A DNA stretch of 61,090 nt, the filler included, from Aduncisulcus paluster (lineage: Eukaryota), in NCBI GenBank assembly GCA_024181965.1. It is 12 parts of 12 records of this genome, joined end to end, with 100 filler letters (N's around TTAATTAATTAA, not from the genome) between each part and the next. Parts side by side here need not be neighbours in the genome. Positions count along the whole stretch, not along the records: positions 34,817 to 39,259 come from BQXS01011120.1; positions 39,360 to 44,310 come from BQXS01011121.1; 10 more parts are not named here. One strand, 5' to 3'. A model generated the notes under the pieces. The model did not search any database. It saw only the letters and a program-made list of their open reading frames with translations, and was not told where the DNA came from. The position numbers and the translations under genes were made by a program. Below, piece by piece: positions 34,817 to 44,410 of the stretch (within the stretch, counting starts at the first letter, position 1; each line of letters opens with the position of its first letter).

Positions 34817-37075
34817 CCTGCAGGATCTCCACTCTATTTAGTTGTGATCTCCCTTGGTTCGATCTTTCACGAGTCTTTCCCAACTTCTTTGTCTAAACAA
34901 CTCACCAGTAACAATTCGAATATAATTCCCATCATTCTGCGTCTAACTCTTGAACAGTTTGATGACACAAACCCTTCATGGAGACAGAAGAGTCCATATT
35001 TTGCTCGTAAAGCCGCGTGTACCCTGAATGGAATGTACTTTGAGGTGGATGTCCTTCAAATGAAGGAAGGCCTGGAAGAAGAAGAGGTTTCTGTCGACAT
35101 TATTCATAGATTTGAATATACACAGGATGCAAAACAACTTATAAAAATAGAAAGAGATCTTGAGAACTTCTTCTTTGCACACTGTTTCTCTATTTTTAGA
35201 TATATCGGTCCTCAATGTGACGGATCTATGTGTTCAATCAAAGATTCAGGTTTAAATATTCCTATTTCCATGCACATTGGTATTGAACCTTTCCTCAATT
35301 CCAATGTTGTCAGGTTGATAGTACCTTTTCCCACTATTGAAGGACATTTCCGTGGCACAACTGTATTTGAGCTAAATTTAGCGTATTTTGACACCGATCT
35401 CTTTACTTGGAGCGGTGTGAATAGAGATTTGACATATCCATTTATCATTAATTCTGATTACCTTATCTATCACCCTCGGAATTCCATAGGAGTGTCCATA
35501 GATGACGTCGAGGTTATTGATGGTACATTCTCTTTGTCAATCGCTGCTCTACCTCTTGAACTCAACGTTGATAGTGGAACGAAGGAATCTGCCAAATTGT
35601 ATTCACCCGACGTATCAACAGGTTCTGTTTTTGAGATGTCAGTGTCCTATTTTTGGCAATACCCCCTAGACGGTCTCGTTATCTTCTTCAGCGTCGGAGA
35701 TCCAGACCTCATTGATATTTCCACCTCTGTAACAACTGCATGTGAAGGAGATGACGATGGCGTGTGTGTTCCGCAATATACTAATCTCCAAAGCAGTAGA
35801 TTTGTGTGGGATGGAGTCTCTGAGAATACCGAAGATATCTGGACAACGCTTGTATTTGAAGAATCTTCTCCTCGTGGTGCCTATTCATCTCTTAATCATG
35901 TCGGAGTTCATCTCCCTGTTTCTCTGAGTTCTGAAGACATTGATTCCGATCTAGTTGAAGAAATTACAAAGTGTCTCCATACCGATTCATGTTCTTCAAC
36001 AATAATATCATCTAAAAATAGAAATAGAGCAATCTCTTTGACTTTTATTGACTCAATCCTCCTTGAAGCTGATGAAGATCGAATCACCGATGACGTCGTT
36101 TGTATTGCAGTTTCTCTGAATAATATAATGCACCATTATCCCCTCTCATACATTCCTCTTGATTACACTGTTCTTGAGCAATCATGGAATGCAGAAGCGA
36201 TTGCGCAACCAGGAAGCATCATCATTTCTGCCCCAATTCTTGATTTCCACGATGTTATGAGTGTGTATATCTCTGAGGCTGTTGAGTACAACGATGCTCC
36301 CTTCATGGTAAGATCTATTGCTCTGACATATGATTCTGTCGTTGATATCCTCGGATCATCCCTCTCCGATTCAACAACCACCTATCTTCTCTTGACACAC
36401 ACGGGATATGTTGTTGCTTCAACTAATTCAGATCACAATGAAATGATTTCCGAATCTGGGTCAATATTCATAGGAAATTTATGGCCAGCCTTGGGAACAA
36501 CTTTAGTCAATGAGTCTATATTTGTCACTAACGATTATTTTGATTATTCTTCTTCAAATATCATAAGCTCATATTCATTTGATAGCAGTCTGAGTTCAAA
36601 TGAAATTTCCTTGAAAACTGGATCCATTATGTATTATATTGAGTATTCTGAACTATCTTTCTCCGCCTTATGTTCCAATAATGGTGAGTACTATTCAGAT
36701 TCCTCCGATGAAACACCTTCTATCATTGTATTTTCCCTTCCAAATGTTGAATTGGTCGGAATAATTGTTGAAAACACCCCGGATATTGATACATGTGATG
36801 AGTTTGAACCAGAACAAGCTTCAATTGCTGAGACATTCTCCATTTCTTCTCTATCTCACACAGCCCCCTATATTCTACAAGGAACTCACGTTAACATATT
36901 GGATGCAGTCATCGAGGCAAAAGAAACATGGATTGAACTCTCCAAATTCGATTCTCAATGTTCATTGGATATGATTCTCGCGAAGAATGAAAGACTTGCT
37001 TCTTGGATATTCCTTGTGCTTTCAATGAGCATTGTACTAATATTTACTATTGTCATTTCACTTCTTAGCTGGTGA
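34817..37075 (+). CDS. Cache-domain membrane protein, CACHD1/alpha2delta-like, C-terminal portion
   Basis: Open from the contig start. YPFIINSDYLIYHP and YP....DY..LEQSW..EAIAQPG.IIISAP.LD....YLLLTHTGYVVAS...FIG..WP.L...LVN match dCache pocket motifs of alpha2delta/CACHD1. Ends in a hydrophobic anchor. Confidence 0.6.
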   Translation, partial: PAGSPLYLVVISLGSIFHESFPTSLSKQLTSNNSNIIPIILRLTLEQFDDTNPSWRQKSPYFARKAACTLNGMYFEVDVLQMKEGLEEEEVSVDIIHRFEYTQDAKQLIKIERDLENFFFAHCFSIFRYIGPQCDGSMCSIKDSGLNIPISMHIGIEPFLNSNVVRLIVPFPTIEGHFRGTTVFELNLAYFDTDLFTWSGVNRDLTYPFIINSDYLIYHPRNSIGVSIDDVEVIDGTFSLSIAALPLELNVDSGTKESAKLYSPDVSTGSVFEMSVSYFWQYPLDGLVIFFSVGDPDLIDISTSVTTACEGDDDGVCVPQYTNLQSSRFVWDGVSENTEDIWTTLVFEESSPRGAYSSLNHVGVHLPVSLSSEDIDSDLVEEITKCLHTDSCSSTIISSKNRNRAISLTFIDSILLEADEDRITDDVVCIAVSLNNIMHHYPLSYIPLDYTVLEQSWNAEAIAQPGSIIISAPILDFHDVMSVYISEAVEYNDAPFMVRSIALTYDSVVDILGSSLSDSTTTYLLLTHTGYVVASTNSDHNEMISESGSIFIGNLWPALGTTLVNESIFVTNDYFDYSSSNIISSYSFDSSLSSNEISLKTGSIMYYIEYSELSFSALCSNNGEYYSDSSDETPSIIVFSLPNVELVGIIVENTPDIDTCDEFEPEQASIAETFSISSLSHTAPYILQGTHVNILDAVIEAKETWIELSKFDSQCSLDMILAKNERLASWIFLVLSMSIVLIFTIVISLLSW

Positions 37076-37245
37076 AATAAGTATTATTATCATTTGAATT
37101 AAATTATTCTTTCAACATCTTTTTTATCTTATAATTATAAATTATAATTATTATCTTTTCTTTCTCAAAATTCAAGGTAAATCTATTTTTAGATATTATA
37201 AATTATAAAATGATAATTATTTTAAAAATAATAAATATTTTTGAA

Positions 37246-39258
37246 TTATCTTATCGATGAAGGAATGGAATCTTCAAAATCTGAGGAAACATTATTGATA
37301 AAGGTGGGAGAAATTCTGAACAATGAAGCCCCACCCTCACTGACAGAAACAACATCTCCGTCATTTGTCATGACAAAGTTTGTGTATATTGTTGTACCAG
37401 TTAAAGGAGTGGATAGAATAGAAGTTGAAGAACTATCCATTTCATAGATATTGAAAGAAGTTGTATCATACCAGGAAATATAATATCTGAAGGAAAGATT
37501 GATCGTAGCACTGGACATAGCAGACCCAATAATGTGGAAATCCGAAGAAGAAGCTGAAATAGAATCAGAATAGAGAGCAGAACCTATGATAGATGCTGTC
37601 TGAGTCGCAGAAGTAAGAGAAAATTGAAGACTATAAACCTCAACGCTTCCTCCAGAATGGAAAGAGATTCCCAATAACATATTCGCAGTCTCAAGAGCTG
37701 TAAAATCATAAAAGTCATATCCACTTGTCGAAACAGTTCCAGAAGATCCGCTATCATTGATATCACCAAGCTTGATATATGAGAAGGTATCGTTCACAGG
37801 CCCAGACACAAGCCAATCATCTCCATTAGACGTTACAACACCTGTAACATAACTAACCTCAGTTGTTGTACCAGCCAAGGTCATATTATTTGTAGAAAGG
37901 TTTAGTTCTAAATACCCTACACCGATTGCATTGGGAATAGCATAAAGATATTCAACACCGGATACATCTGTGTATATGGTTCCTCCTGCGAATCCACTCC
38001 CAAAGTCCCCAATGAAAGAGTATTCTTCGGTAAAAACATTGACTTTTAATATAGGACCAGCACTGGTCGGGAGGTAATATATACAATTATTTGAAGCAAG
38101 AATACCATCGGAAAACATGTCACTTCCATCAAGATCAATGTTGAGTTTCTTCATAACAGGAATTGAAGCAGAGACATCAATGGAAAGAATATGACTCGAG
38201 GAATCAGGTATGGTGTATATAGTTTGTCCATCTGGCCCAATAACGGCACCATTATACAGTGAAGACTGAGCAGAAAAGGCAATAGTAGATATCGAAGAAG
38301 AATAAGAAGAATATTTACCAGTATTTGAGGCCAGCATCGAAGAATAATCAGCTCTCGAGGTGGTGACAGAGTATGGAGCCTGATAAAAAAGAATATCCGG
38401 ATCCACCCATCCCAGTTCCTCAGAATTGCTTCCAACCGAGAGTATTTTCCCTCTGTCAGATGAAGATACCGTCAATTCGATAATGCCTGTTGAAGAACGA
38501 GTGATAAGAGAGCCAGTCGAAGTTAATGGAAGGACGGTTTCAATGGTACCCCACGAAAGATCTTGAGAGTCGTCCACTGTTAAAACTCGATATTCACCAG
38601 CAGAAAGACCTGTTGGAGCACTAAGAGAGTCGAGCTCCGAACCATTAAATGTCAATAAATCTCCTAAAGAAGTCAAATATTGCTTCCATTCAAGATCACC
38701 ACTAGAATTAACATTGAGCATTGCAGCATTGTGATAAGAGTTAGTTAACCATGAAAATGTTGTTGAATAAGTCAAAATACTACCTTGAATAGCAGAGCTA
38801 AATGGTTCAAGAGTTGTCAAAGATGTCCAACTTGGCGCACCCCCACTAGAAGCTGTGGACAAAACGGTCCCTCCCGTTCCAGCAGCCGTAAGTTCAGTGA
38901 ATCCGGAACTGCCATTGCTGAGCATGAGAGAATTTGCAGCCGTAAAATTGAACATATCATATAAGCTGGTCCATTCAATTGATGATCCATTGACACGCAA
39001 GATATCGTTAGTGCTAGTTCCAGTTAACTTAAGTTCTTCCCAATCGGTACCACTATGTGTCAATAAAGATCCACTTTGTGTAAGTGGTATGAGGGAGTCA
39101 ATATCAGCCCAGGTGAGACCAGTAGACGCAGTGCCATCGCTTATTAAGATTTGTCCATTAGATGATGCAGCATCCACATATGTAATATCACTTGCGTTAC
39201 GACCTAATAATTGTCCTTTCGTAGTAAGGGGAAGAGTGGATGAAACACTATCCCATTT
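37246..39258 (-). CDS. Protein with phage-tail-fibre-like ~45-aa repeats and a C-terminal beta-propeller-like region (5'-truncated)
   Basis: Open to the linker. At least six repeats of the form PLTxxGxLL...L......IL......xxW (e.g. PLTTKGQLLGRN...NGQILISDGTASTGLTW). These are followed by blades such as YNGAVIGPDGQTIYTIP...IL.ID and FSDGILASNNCIYYLP...ILKVN. Confidence 0.65.
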   Translation of the reverse strand, partial: KWDSVSSTLPLTTKGQLLGRNASDITYVDAASSNGQILISDGTASTGLTWADIDSLIPLTQSGSLLTHSGTDWEELKLTGTSTNDILRVNGSSIEWTSLYDMFNFTAANSLMLSNGSSGFTELTAAGTGGTVLSTASSGGAPSWTSLTTLEPFSSAIQGSILTYSTTFSWLTNSYHNAAMLNVNSSGDLEWKQYLTSLGDLLTFNGSELDSLSAPTGLSAGEYRVLTVDDSQDLSWGTIETVLPLTSTGSLITRSSTGIIELTVSSSDRGKILSVGSNSEELGWVDPDILFYQAPYSVTTSRADYSSMLASNTGKYSSYSSSISTIAFSAQSSLYNGAVIGPDGQTIYTIPDSSSHILSIDVSASIPVMKKLNIDLDGSDMFSDGILASNNCIYYLPTSAGPILKVNVFTEEYSFIGDFGSGFAGGTIYTDVSGVEYLYAIPNAIGVGYLELNLSTNNMTLAGTTTEVSYVTGVVTSNGDDWLVSGPVNDTFSYIKLGDINDSGSSGTVSTSGYDFYDFTALETANMLLGISFHSGGSVEVYSLQFSLTSATQTASIIGSALYSDSISASSSDFHIIGSAMSSATINLSFRYYISWYDTTSFNIYEMDSSSTSILSTPLTGTTIYTNFVMTNDGDVVSVSEGGASLFRISPTFINNVSSDFEDSIPSSIR

Positions 39259-39376
39259 CNNNNNNNNNNNNNNNNNNNNNNNNNNNNNNNNNNNNNNNNN
39301 NNNTTAATTAATTAANNNNNNNNNNNNNNNNNNNNNNNNNNNNNNNNNNNNNNNNNNNNAGGAGAAAGAAGAGCTA

Positions 39377-40279
39377 ATGGCTAACAAAGATACAGAAAAA
39401 CAAGAGTCATCAATTCAGGAATCCAATGAAACCTTCGAGTTCTCCAAGAAGGAAGAGTCAAAGAAAAAATCGAAGGAAGAGAAGAGTGAGAAGGAAGAAG
39501 AAGAGAAAGAGCAATCCCATGAAGAGAAAGAAGAGACAATTGGAGAGGAAAGCCATGAAGTTAAAGAGGGAAAAGGAGAGGACATGCAAGGCCATGGACA
39601 GTGTCAATGTTCTATTCCAAATATTGAGGATATTTTAGACGATAGTCAGTATTCATACAATATCAATAAGATTGCTGAACAAATCAAATCATTCGATGAT
39701 AAACTTTTACACGTTATTCAAGTGGATCAACAATGGAAAGGAGAAGATAATGAATTGGAACGAACTCTATTTCCTTCAAAACGTCACGCTACATGTCTTC
39801 GTCAAGATGGTCAAGATACAAAAGAATCTGTTGACATTTGTGCATCTAAACTGAGTGATTATCACCAAACCATGCTTGATTCTATAATTCCTCCTTCTAT
39901 AATTCCTCCTTCTCAACCTTCTTATTCCTCCTCTGCTTCCTCCTTTGCTTCCTCCTTTGCTTCCTCCTTTGCTTCATATTCGAGTGGAGTTTCTGAACTA
40001 ATGGATCACTTTGCAACAGTAATGCTTGATTATGAGTCTCAAATACATAAATCTGAGTTATTGGAGTTGGGAGTGAAAGAGGAAGATCTTGAAACCATCA
40101 AGGGGGATGTCAGTGAGAACAAGGAATGCTTGACGAGACTTGGGTCGTCTGTTTTGAGAATGTCTCGTATTTTTAAGGAATATGATTCTTTGTTACAGAT
40201 AGTTGAGAGCACTATAATACAAAAAAAAGGTTCCAAAAGAAGATCAAGTTTCTCTGGTGTCGGGAAAGGTTGGAGATAA
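39377..40279 (+). CDS. Hypothetical protein with Glu/Lys-rich N-terminus and helical C-terminus (may be 5'-truncated)
   Basis: 300-codon ORF whose frame is also open back to the linker. AT-rich sequence follows the stop. Confidence 0.65.
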   Translation: MANKDTEKQESSIQESNETFEFSKKEESKKKSKEEKSEKEEEEKEQSHEEKEETIGEESHEVKEGKGEDMQGHGQCQCSIPNIEDILDDSQYSYNINKIAEQIKSFDDKLLHVIQVDQQWKGEDNELERTLFPSKRHATCLRQDGQDTKESVDICASKLSDYHQTMLDSIIPPSIIPPSQPSYSSSASSFASSFASSFASYSSGVSELMDHFATVMLDYESQIHKSELLELGVKEEDLETIKGDVSENKECLTRLGSSVLRMSRIFKEYDSLLQIVESTIIQKKGSKRRSSFSGVGKGWR

Positions 40280-40956
40280 TATCTGAGTATATTATGATAC
40301 AATGTACTACAAAAATATACATATTATACAAATATACATTTATAGTGCAGTATAGTGCAGTACAGTACAGTATAGTACAGTATAGTATAGATATTCAAAT
40401 AAGGGACAAAAGTTCATAAACAAAGAATGATAGAAGAACATGATCTATTTATATTTATTGAGAAGAAACTCTGGACTTGGGATACATTCTAATTCGTTGA
40501 AAAAAGTCAAAAATGGGCAATATTATATTGTACAGCTTTCTGATGTTTGGAATGATTTGTTATGATATAATTATTATGATATAGGGCTTGTATGATTGAC
40601 AATATAAGTTTAGTTTAGTATAGTATATGTTTAACTATCCTGTAATGAGGGAAGAAAGATATCTTTGAATTGATTAGCTGATTTCGAAGAATCTTTATAT
40701 CTGTTGTTCAGTATTTGATAAAGTTTCATCAAATTAAGCAAGAGAAAGAATAGTAAAATAGGGAGCTTAAAATCAAGATATTTCTATAGTATAACGCCGA
40801 ACTATATAACTAATGCAATATTAGAAGAGTAGGAATAAGACAACGTGCCAATGCAACACTAATATAAGATCAAATATTTGAAGGGTCTCCGTAACATCAT
40901 AATAAATTATTATTATTATTAATATATGATCCTTCCAATATGTGATTACACCATAA

Positions 40957-43900
40957 TCACTCGAATATACTATCACTGTCCTCTTCTGATAGTGATAAGG
41001 CGCTATCTTCCTTCTCAACTTTCCCATCAGTCTTATCTACACTTCCATGTGAGCTTCCATGAGTTTGCTGTTGTTCTTGAAGGACTTCTTTGAGCACAGC
41101 AGCCCACACCTTAAGATCCTCTTCTCGTGCAAGAGCTTCAGCCTTCCCGAGAACACTCTGAACATATAACTTTTTCAGCAGGGAGTTTTTCATCGACACA
41201 TCTTGATCTATCTTCTTAACTTGCTTAATAGAGTTCTGGAGGATAGATTCAAGAACAGGGATGATCTCTTCTTTCTCAGAGAATGCAGAGAGAGGGGGGA
41301 ATCGTAATCCGTATCGAATAATCTCTTCTTCATCTTCGGAAGGAGAACTTTCCTCTTCTTCAAAATCAATCGAAGAATCATCAAATTTCCCATGAATATC
41401 TTTTCTCTGCTGACGTGTCGTCATCTTCCGTTCCTCTAACTTCTGGAGCAATCTCTCCCTTCTCCTTTGTTTCTTCTCAGCATCGAGATACATACTAATG
41501 GTGAAATCAACATCAGATTTGGCATTAGGTAACAATGAATAGGCATTATCCAACGAAAGTTCATCTCCTTCACCGACAGAAGAATGATCAAAATCACTAA
41601 ACATTTCTTCCAAGCGATCTTTCAACTCTTGCCCAATTTCTGTTCTATTATGTGATGTGACATGACCAGCTTCATCTCCCTTTCCTCGAGTAGATCTACC
41701 ATCAGTTGTCAAAGTTACAGGGTTTGATGACGGGTGGGAACGATCGGTGATGGCGGAAGGGGTCACATCTTTGGGACTCTTGATCGAGGTCGAGGGATTA
41801 GAGCCCGTTGCATCGGTGCGAAGTCCATGAATATCACGAGGGGACGGTATAAATTTAGATGTCAGAGTCGGTGTAGGTGTGAACGAGAGAGGATTTCCAC
41901 TCACGGGAGGGGTGTCAATGTCATCTGTTGTTGTATCTCCATTCTTGCTACCATTATAACTTGGGATTGGAACTACTTGCTTGCACATCTTCGAAATACC
42001 GCCGCCAGAACCATTAGACTGACTATGACATTCTATGAACTCTTTCTCAATGATATTAATAGAAACGTTCCGAAAATAGGACATGGGGTCACTGATTTGC
42101 AAGTCTCTTGGCTGATGAGGAATCATCGGTTTGTCTGTGGCTGAACCATGGATATCGGAGATCTCTCCCTTAGTCTCTGGATTGGATCCTTGTCCATGGA
42201 TAGATGTCCTTTGTTTATCTTTAAATCTCTGCATATTAACACTGCTTAAAGACATGTTAAGAGAGAATAGAAGGGAATATAATGAGGATAAACTGTCCGG
42301 GGCTAGAGAAGACACAGATAGTGAAGCAATGTTGGGATGAACACCACCAGAAAGAGCATCACCTGAGTAAGGATACACTTCATTCTTCCTAGGTGTAGGA
42401 TCACTCCCTGGATATGATGATACTCCCACTTGCTTTGATTCTGGATTACGCATCATTCCTGTCGGGATAATGTCTTCTTCGTCTCCATCGTGGGGATGAT
42501 GATGACGACTGGAAACTACTGGCCTGATTTTGCCCATTGTTGTTGAATCACGTTTATATACTGTACTATACTGTACTGTACTATTGCCCCCTAGTTTCCA
42601 TCCCTTATCACCTTCCAGTCTTCTCTTCTTGGCATACAGAGCAGGCAATGGAGCTGCATCTATATCTTTATCAGGTATGCCAGAAGCCGTGCATACTTTA
42701 TCAATCAAACCAAACCATTTGCTTGATGGGGTATCTCCCATCTCTTTCTTGCACATATGTAGAATTCCAAGGAACATTTCACGCTGTTCTTTCAAACTCT
42801 TGTCTTTCTCCTCTCTCTGCTTTGCTATCTTTCTCTGAAGTTGCCTTAATATGTTAGACGGGTCTCTCTCTTCATTTCTAATAGCCTTTGTCGTCACAAG
42901 CTTACATCTCTGAGCAAACTGCAACGTGCTTAAGGTTTCTGTCTCAGATATAGGGGCAGGCGATACCGTAGCTATAAGAACAACGTTACTGTTACCACCA
43001 AGGCTATCCATAAGGATCTTTGTGAGCTTTGAATCTCTGTATGGAACATGAGTACTCCCCTTTATGATTAAGGCATTAATAACATTCCCGAGTGCACTGA
43101 GAGATTGGTTGATGCATCTAGCTTCCTCCAGACGTTGTCCGTTGCTCTTGCTTTTCTTCACACGCTCACTTCCTGCAAGATCCACGAGAACAAGCTTAGC
43201 TTCAATGGCTCTAACTCCACCCTCCATGATGACACCATCCTCCACTGGTCCAGGGGAATGTGCGCCCGAGAGAAGAGAGAGAGGGGGAGATGCCATGTAT
43301 GAGGAGGAATCGATAGGATGTGTATATGAATCATCGAGAGGCTTTCCACCCTCTTGTCTGACAGAGATAGTCAAGAGAGTGTGGGAACGGGAGGATGTGG
43401 CATTCATCAGGGTAGGGGCAACGGCTCTGTTCTTGAGACCTACATTGACAACACTCACAGCCTGAGATAGGTTCTCCAATCGTACAGTGGTAGCTCCACC
43501 GACAACAAAACCTTTCTGGCGCATTTCATGGAGGGGAAGGGGACCTGCCCCAGGGTTAAGAAGATCATATGCGGTATCTTTGTATATTTGAATGAAGGAT
43601 AAAGTAACGGCAAATGAGAATCCTCGTCTTTTGGCGACACGGTCGTTTAAAGCTGCAAATATATGGGCCAATGAGCGTGAGACAAGACCACTAGCGTTGG
43701 GAAGAACATGGGCATACATTTTGGGCTGTTTTCCTCCTCTTTTCCCATCTTTACGTTCAGGTACCTTGTCAACAATTCCCATAGTATAGGTTTTTCCAGT
43801 TCCAGTTTGACCATATGCAAAGATTGTTCCATTATATCCATTTAATACGTCATTCACAACAGGTTTTGCCGTAAAGTTATAGACATCAACCTGTTTTGAC

Positions 43901-44103
43901 GATGCACCAAATACACGGTCAAAAACAAACCTTCGTTTTTCAAAATCTGATTTCGTTGTGGTAAAATCAACAGTTTTTTTATCAACATGGCAAGTAACCG
44001 CCGATTTACCTGGTATTTCATCTCTATCTATAGCATGTTGAATTTCTCGTGAATTGAGTGGTCTAAATCGTACTGCAACTTTAATATTTCTTTCTTTTCT
44101 CAT
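40957..44103 (-). CDS. Kinesin with N-terminal motor domain
   Basis: NIKVAVRFRP, FDRVF, P-loop GQTGTGKT, switch I SSRSH, switch II DLAGSER, HVPYRDSKLT and ETLSTLQFA, followed by coiled coil and a long tail. Subfamily not assigned. Confidence 0.95.
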   Translation of the reverse strand: MRKERNIKVAVRFRPLNSREIQHAIDRDEIPGKSAVTCHVDKKTVDFTTTKSDFEKRRFVFDRVFGASSKQVDVYNFTAKPVVNDVLNGYNGTIFAYGQTGTGKTYTMGIVDKVPERKDGKRGGKQPKMYAHVLPNASGLVSRSLAHIFAALNDRVAKRRGFSFAVTLSFIQIYKDTAYDLLNPGAGPLPLHEMRQKGFVVGGATTVRLENLSQAVSVVNVGLKNRAVAPTLMNATSSRSHTLLTISVRQEGGKPLDDSYTHPIDSSSYMASPPLSLLSGAHSPGPVEDGVIMEGGVRAIEAKLVLVDLAGSERVKKSKSNGQRLEEARCINQSLSALGNVINALIIKGSTHVPYRDSKLTKILMDSLGGNSNVVLIATVSPAPISETETLSTLQFAQRCKLVTTKAIRNEERDPSNILRQLQRKIAKQREEKDKSLKEQREMFLGILHMCKKEMGDTPSSKWFGLIDKVCTASGIPDKDIDAAPLPALYAKKRRLEGDKGWKLGGNSTVQYSTVYKRDSTTMGKIRPVVSSRHHHPHDGDEEDIIPTGMMRNPESKQVGVSSYPGSDPTPRKNEVYPYSGDALSGGVHPNIASLSVSSLAPDSLSSLYSLLFSLNMSLSSVNMQRFKDKQRTSIHGQGSNPETKGEISDIHGSATDKPMIPHQPRDLQISDPMSYFRNVSINIIEKEFIECHSQSNGSGGGISKMCKQVVPIPSYNGSKNGDTTTDDIDTPPVSGNPLSFTPTPTLTSKFIPSPRDIHGLRTDATGSNPSTSIKSPKDVTPSAITDRSHPSSNPVTLTTDGRSTRGKGDEAGHVTSHNRTEIGQELKDRLEEMFSDFDHSSVGEGDELSLDNAYSLLPNAKSDVDFTISMYLDAEKKQRRRERLLQKLEERKMTTRQQRKDIHGKFDDSSIDFEEEESSPSEDEEEIIRYGLRFPPLSAFSEKEEIIPVLESILQNSIKQVKKIDQDVSMKNSLLKKLYVQSVLGKAEALAREEDLKVWAAVLKEVLQEQQQTHGSSHGSVDKTDGKVEKEDSALSLSEEDSDSIFE

Positions 44104-44410
44104 AATATAAAGTGATTTGTTAAATAAAATATAATAATACGAATTTGATACCGACGAAAATGGTCAACTTGGCGATTCTTTTGAAGAAAATGAGTAATGT
44201 ATTACTTAATGTGCATAATTAGGCATAAATATCGATTTTTATTGCATATGAAATTTGAAGGACACATTTTCTAAAGGAGAATGATTGCCCTGCTACAATT
44301 TTGCAACTGCNNNNNNNNNNNNNNNNNNNNNNNNNNNNNNNNNNNNNNNNNNNNTTAATTAATTAANNNNNNNNNNNNNNNNNNNNNNNNNNNNNNNNNN
44401 NNNNNNNNNN

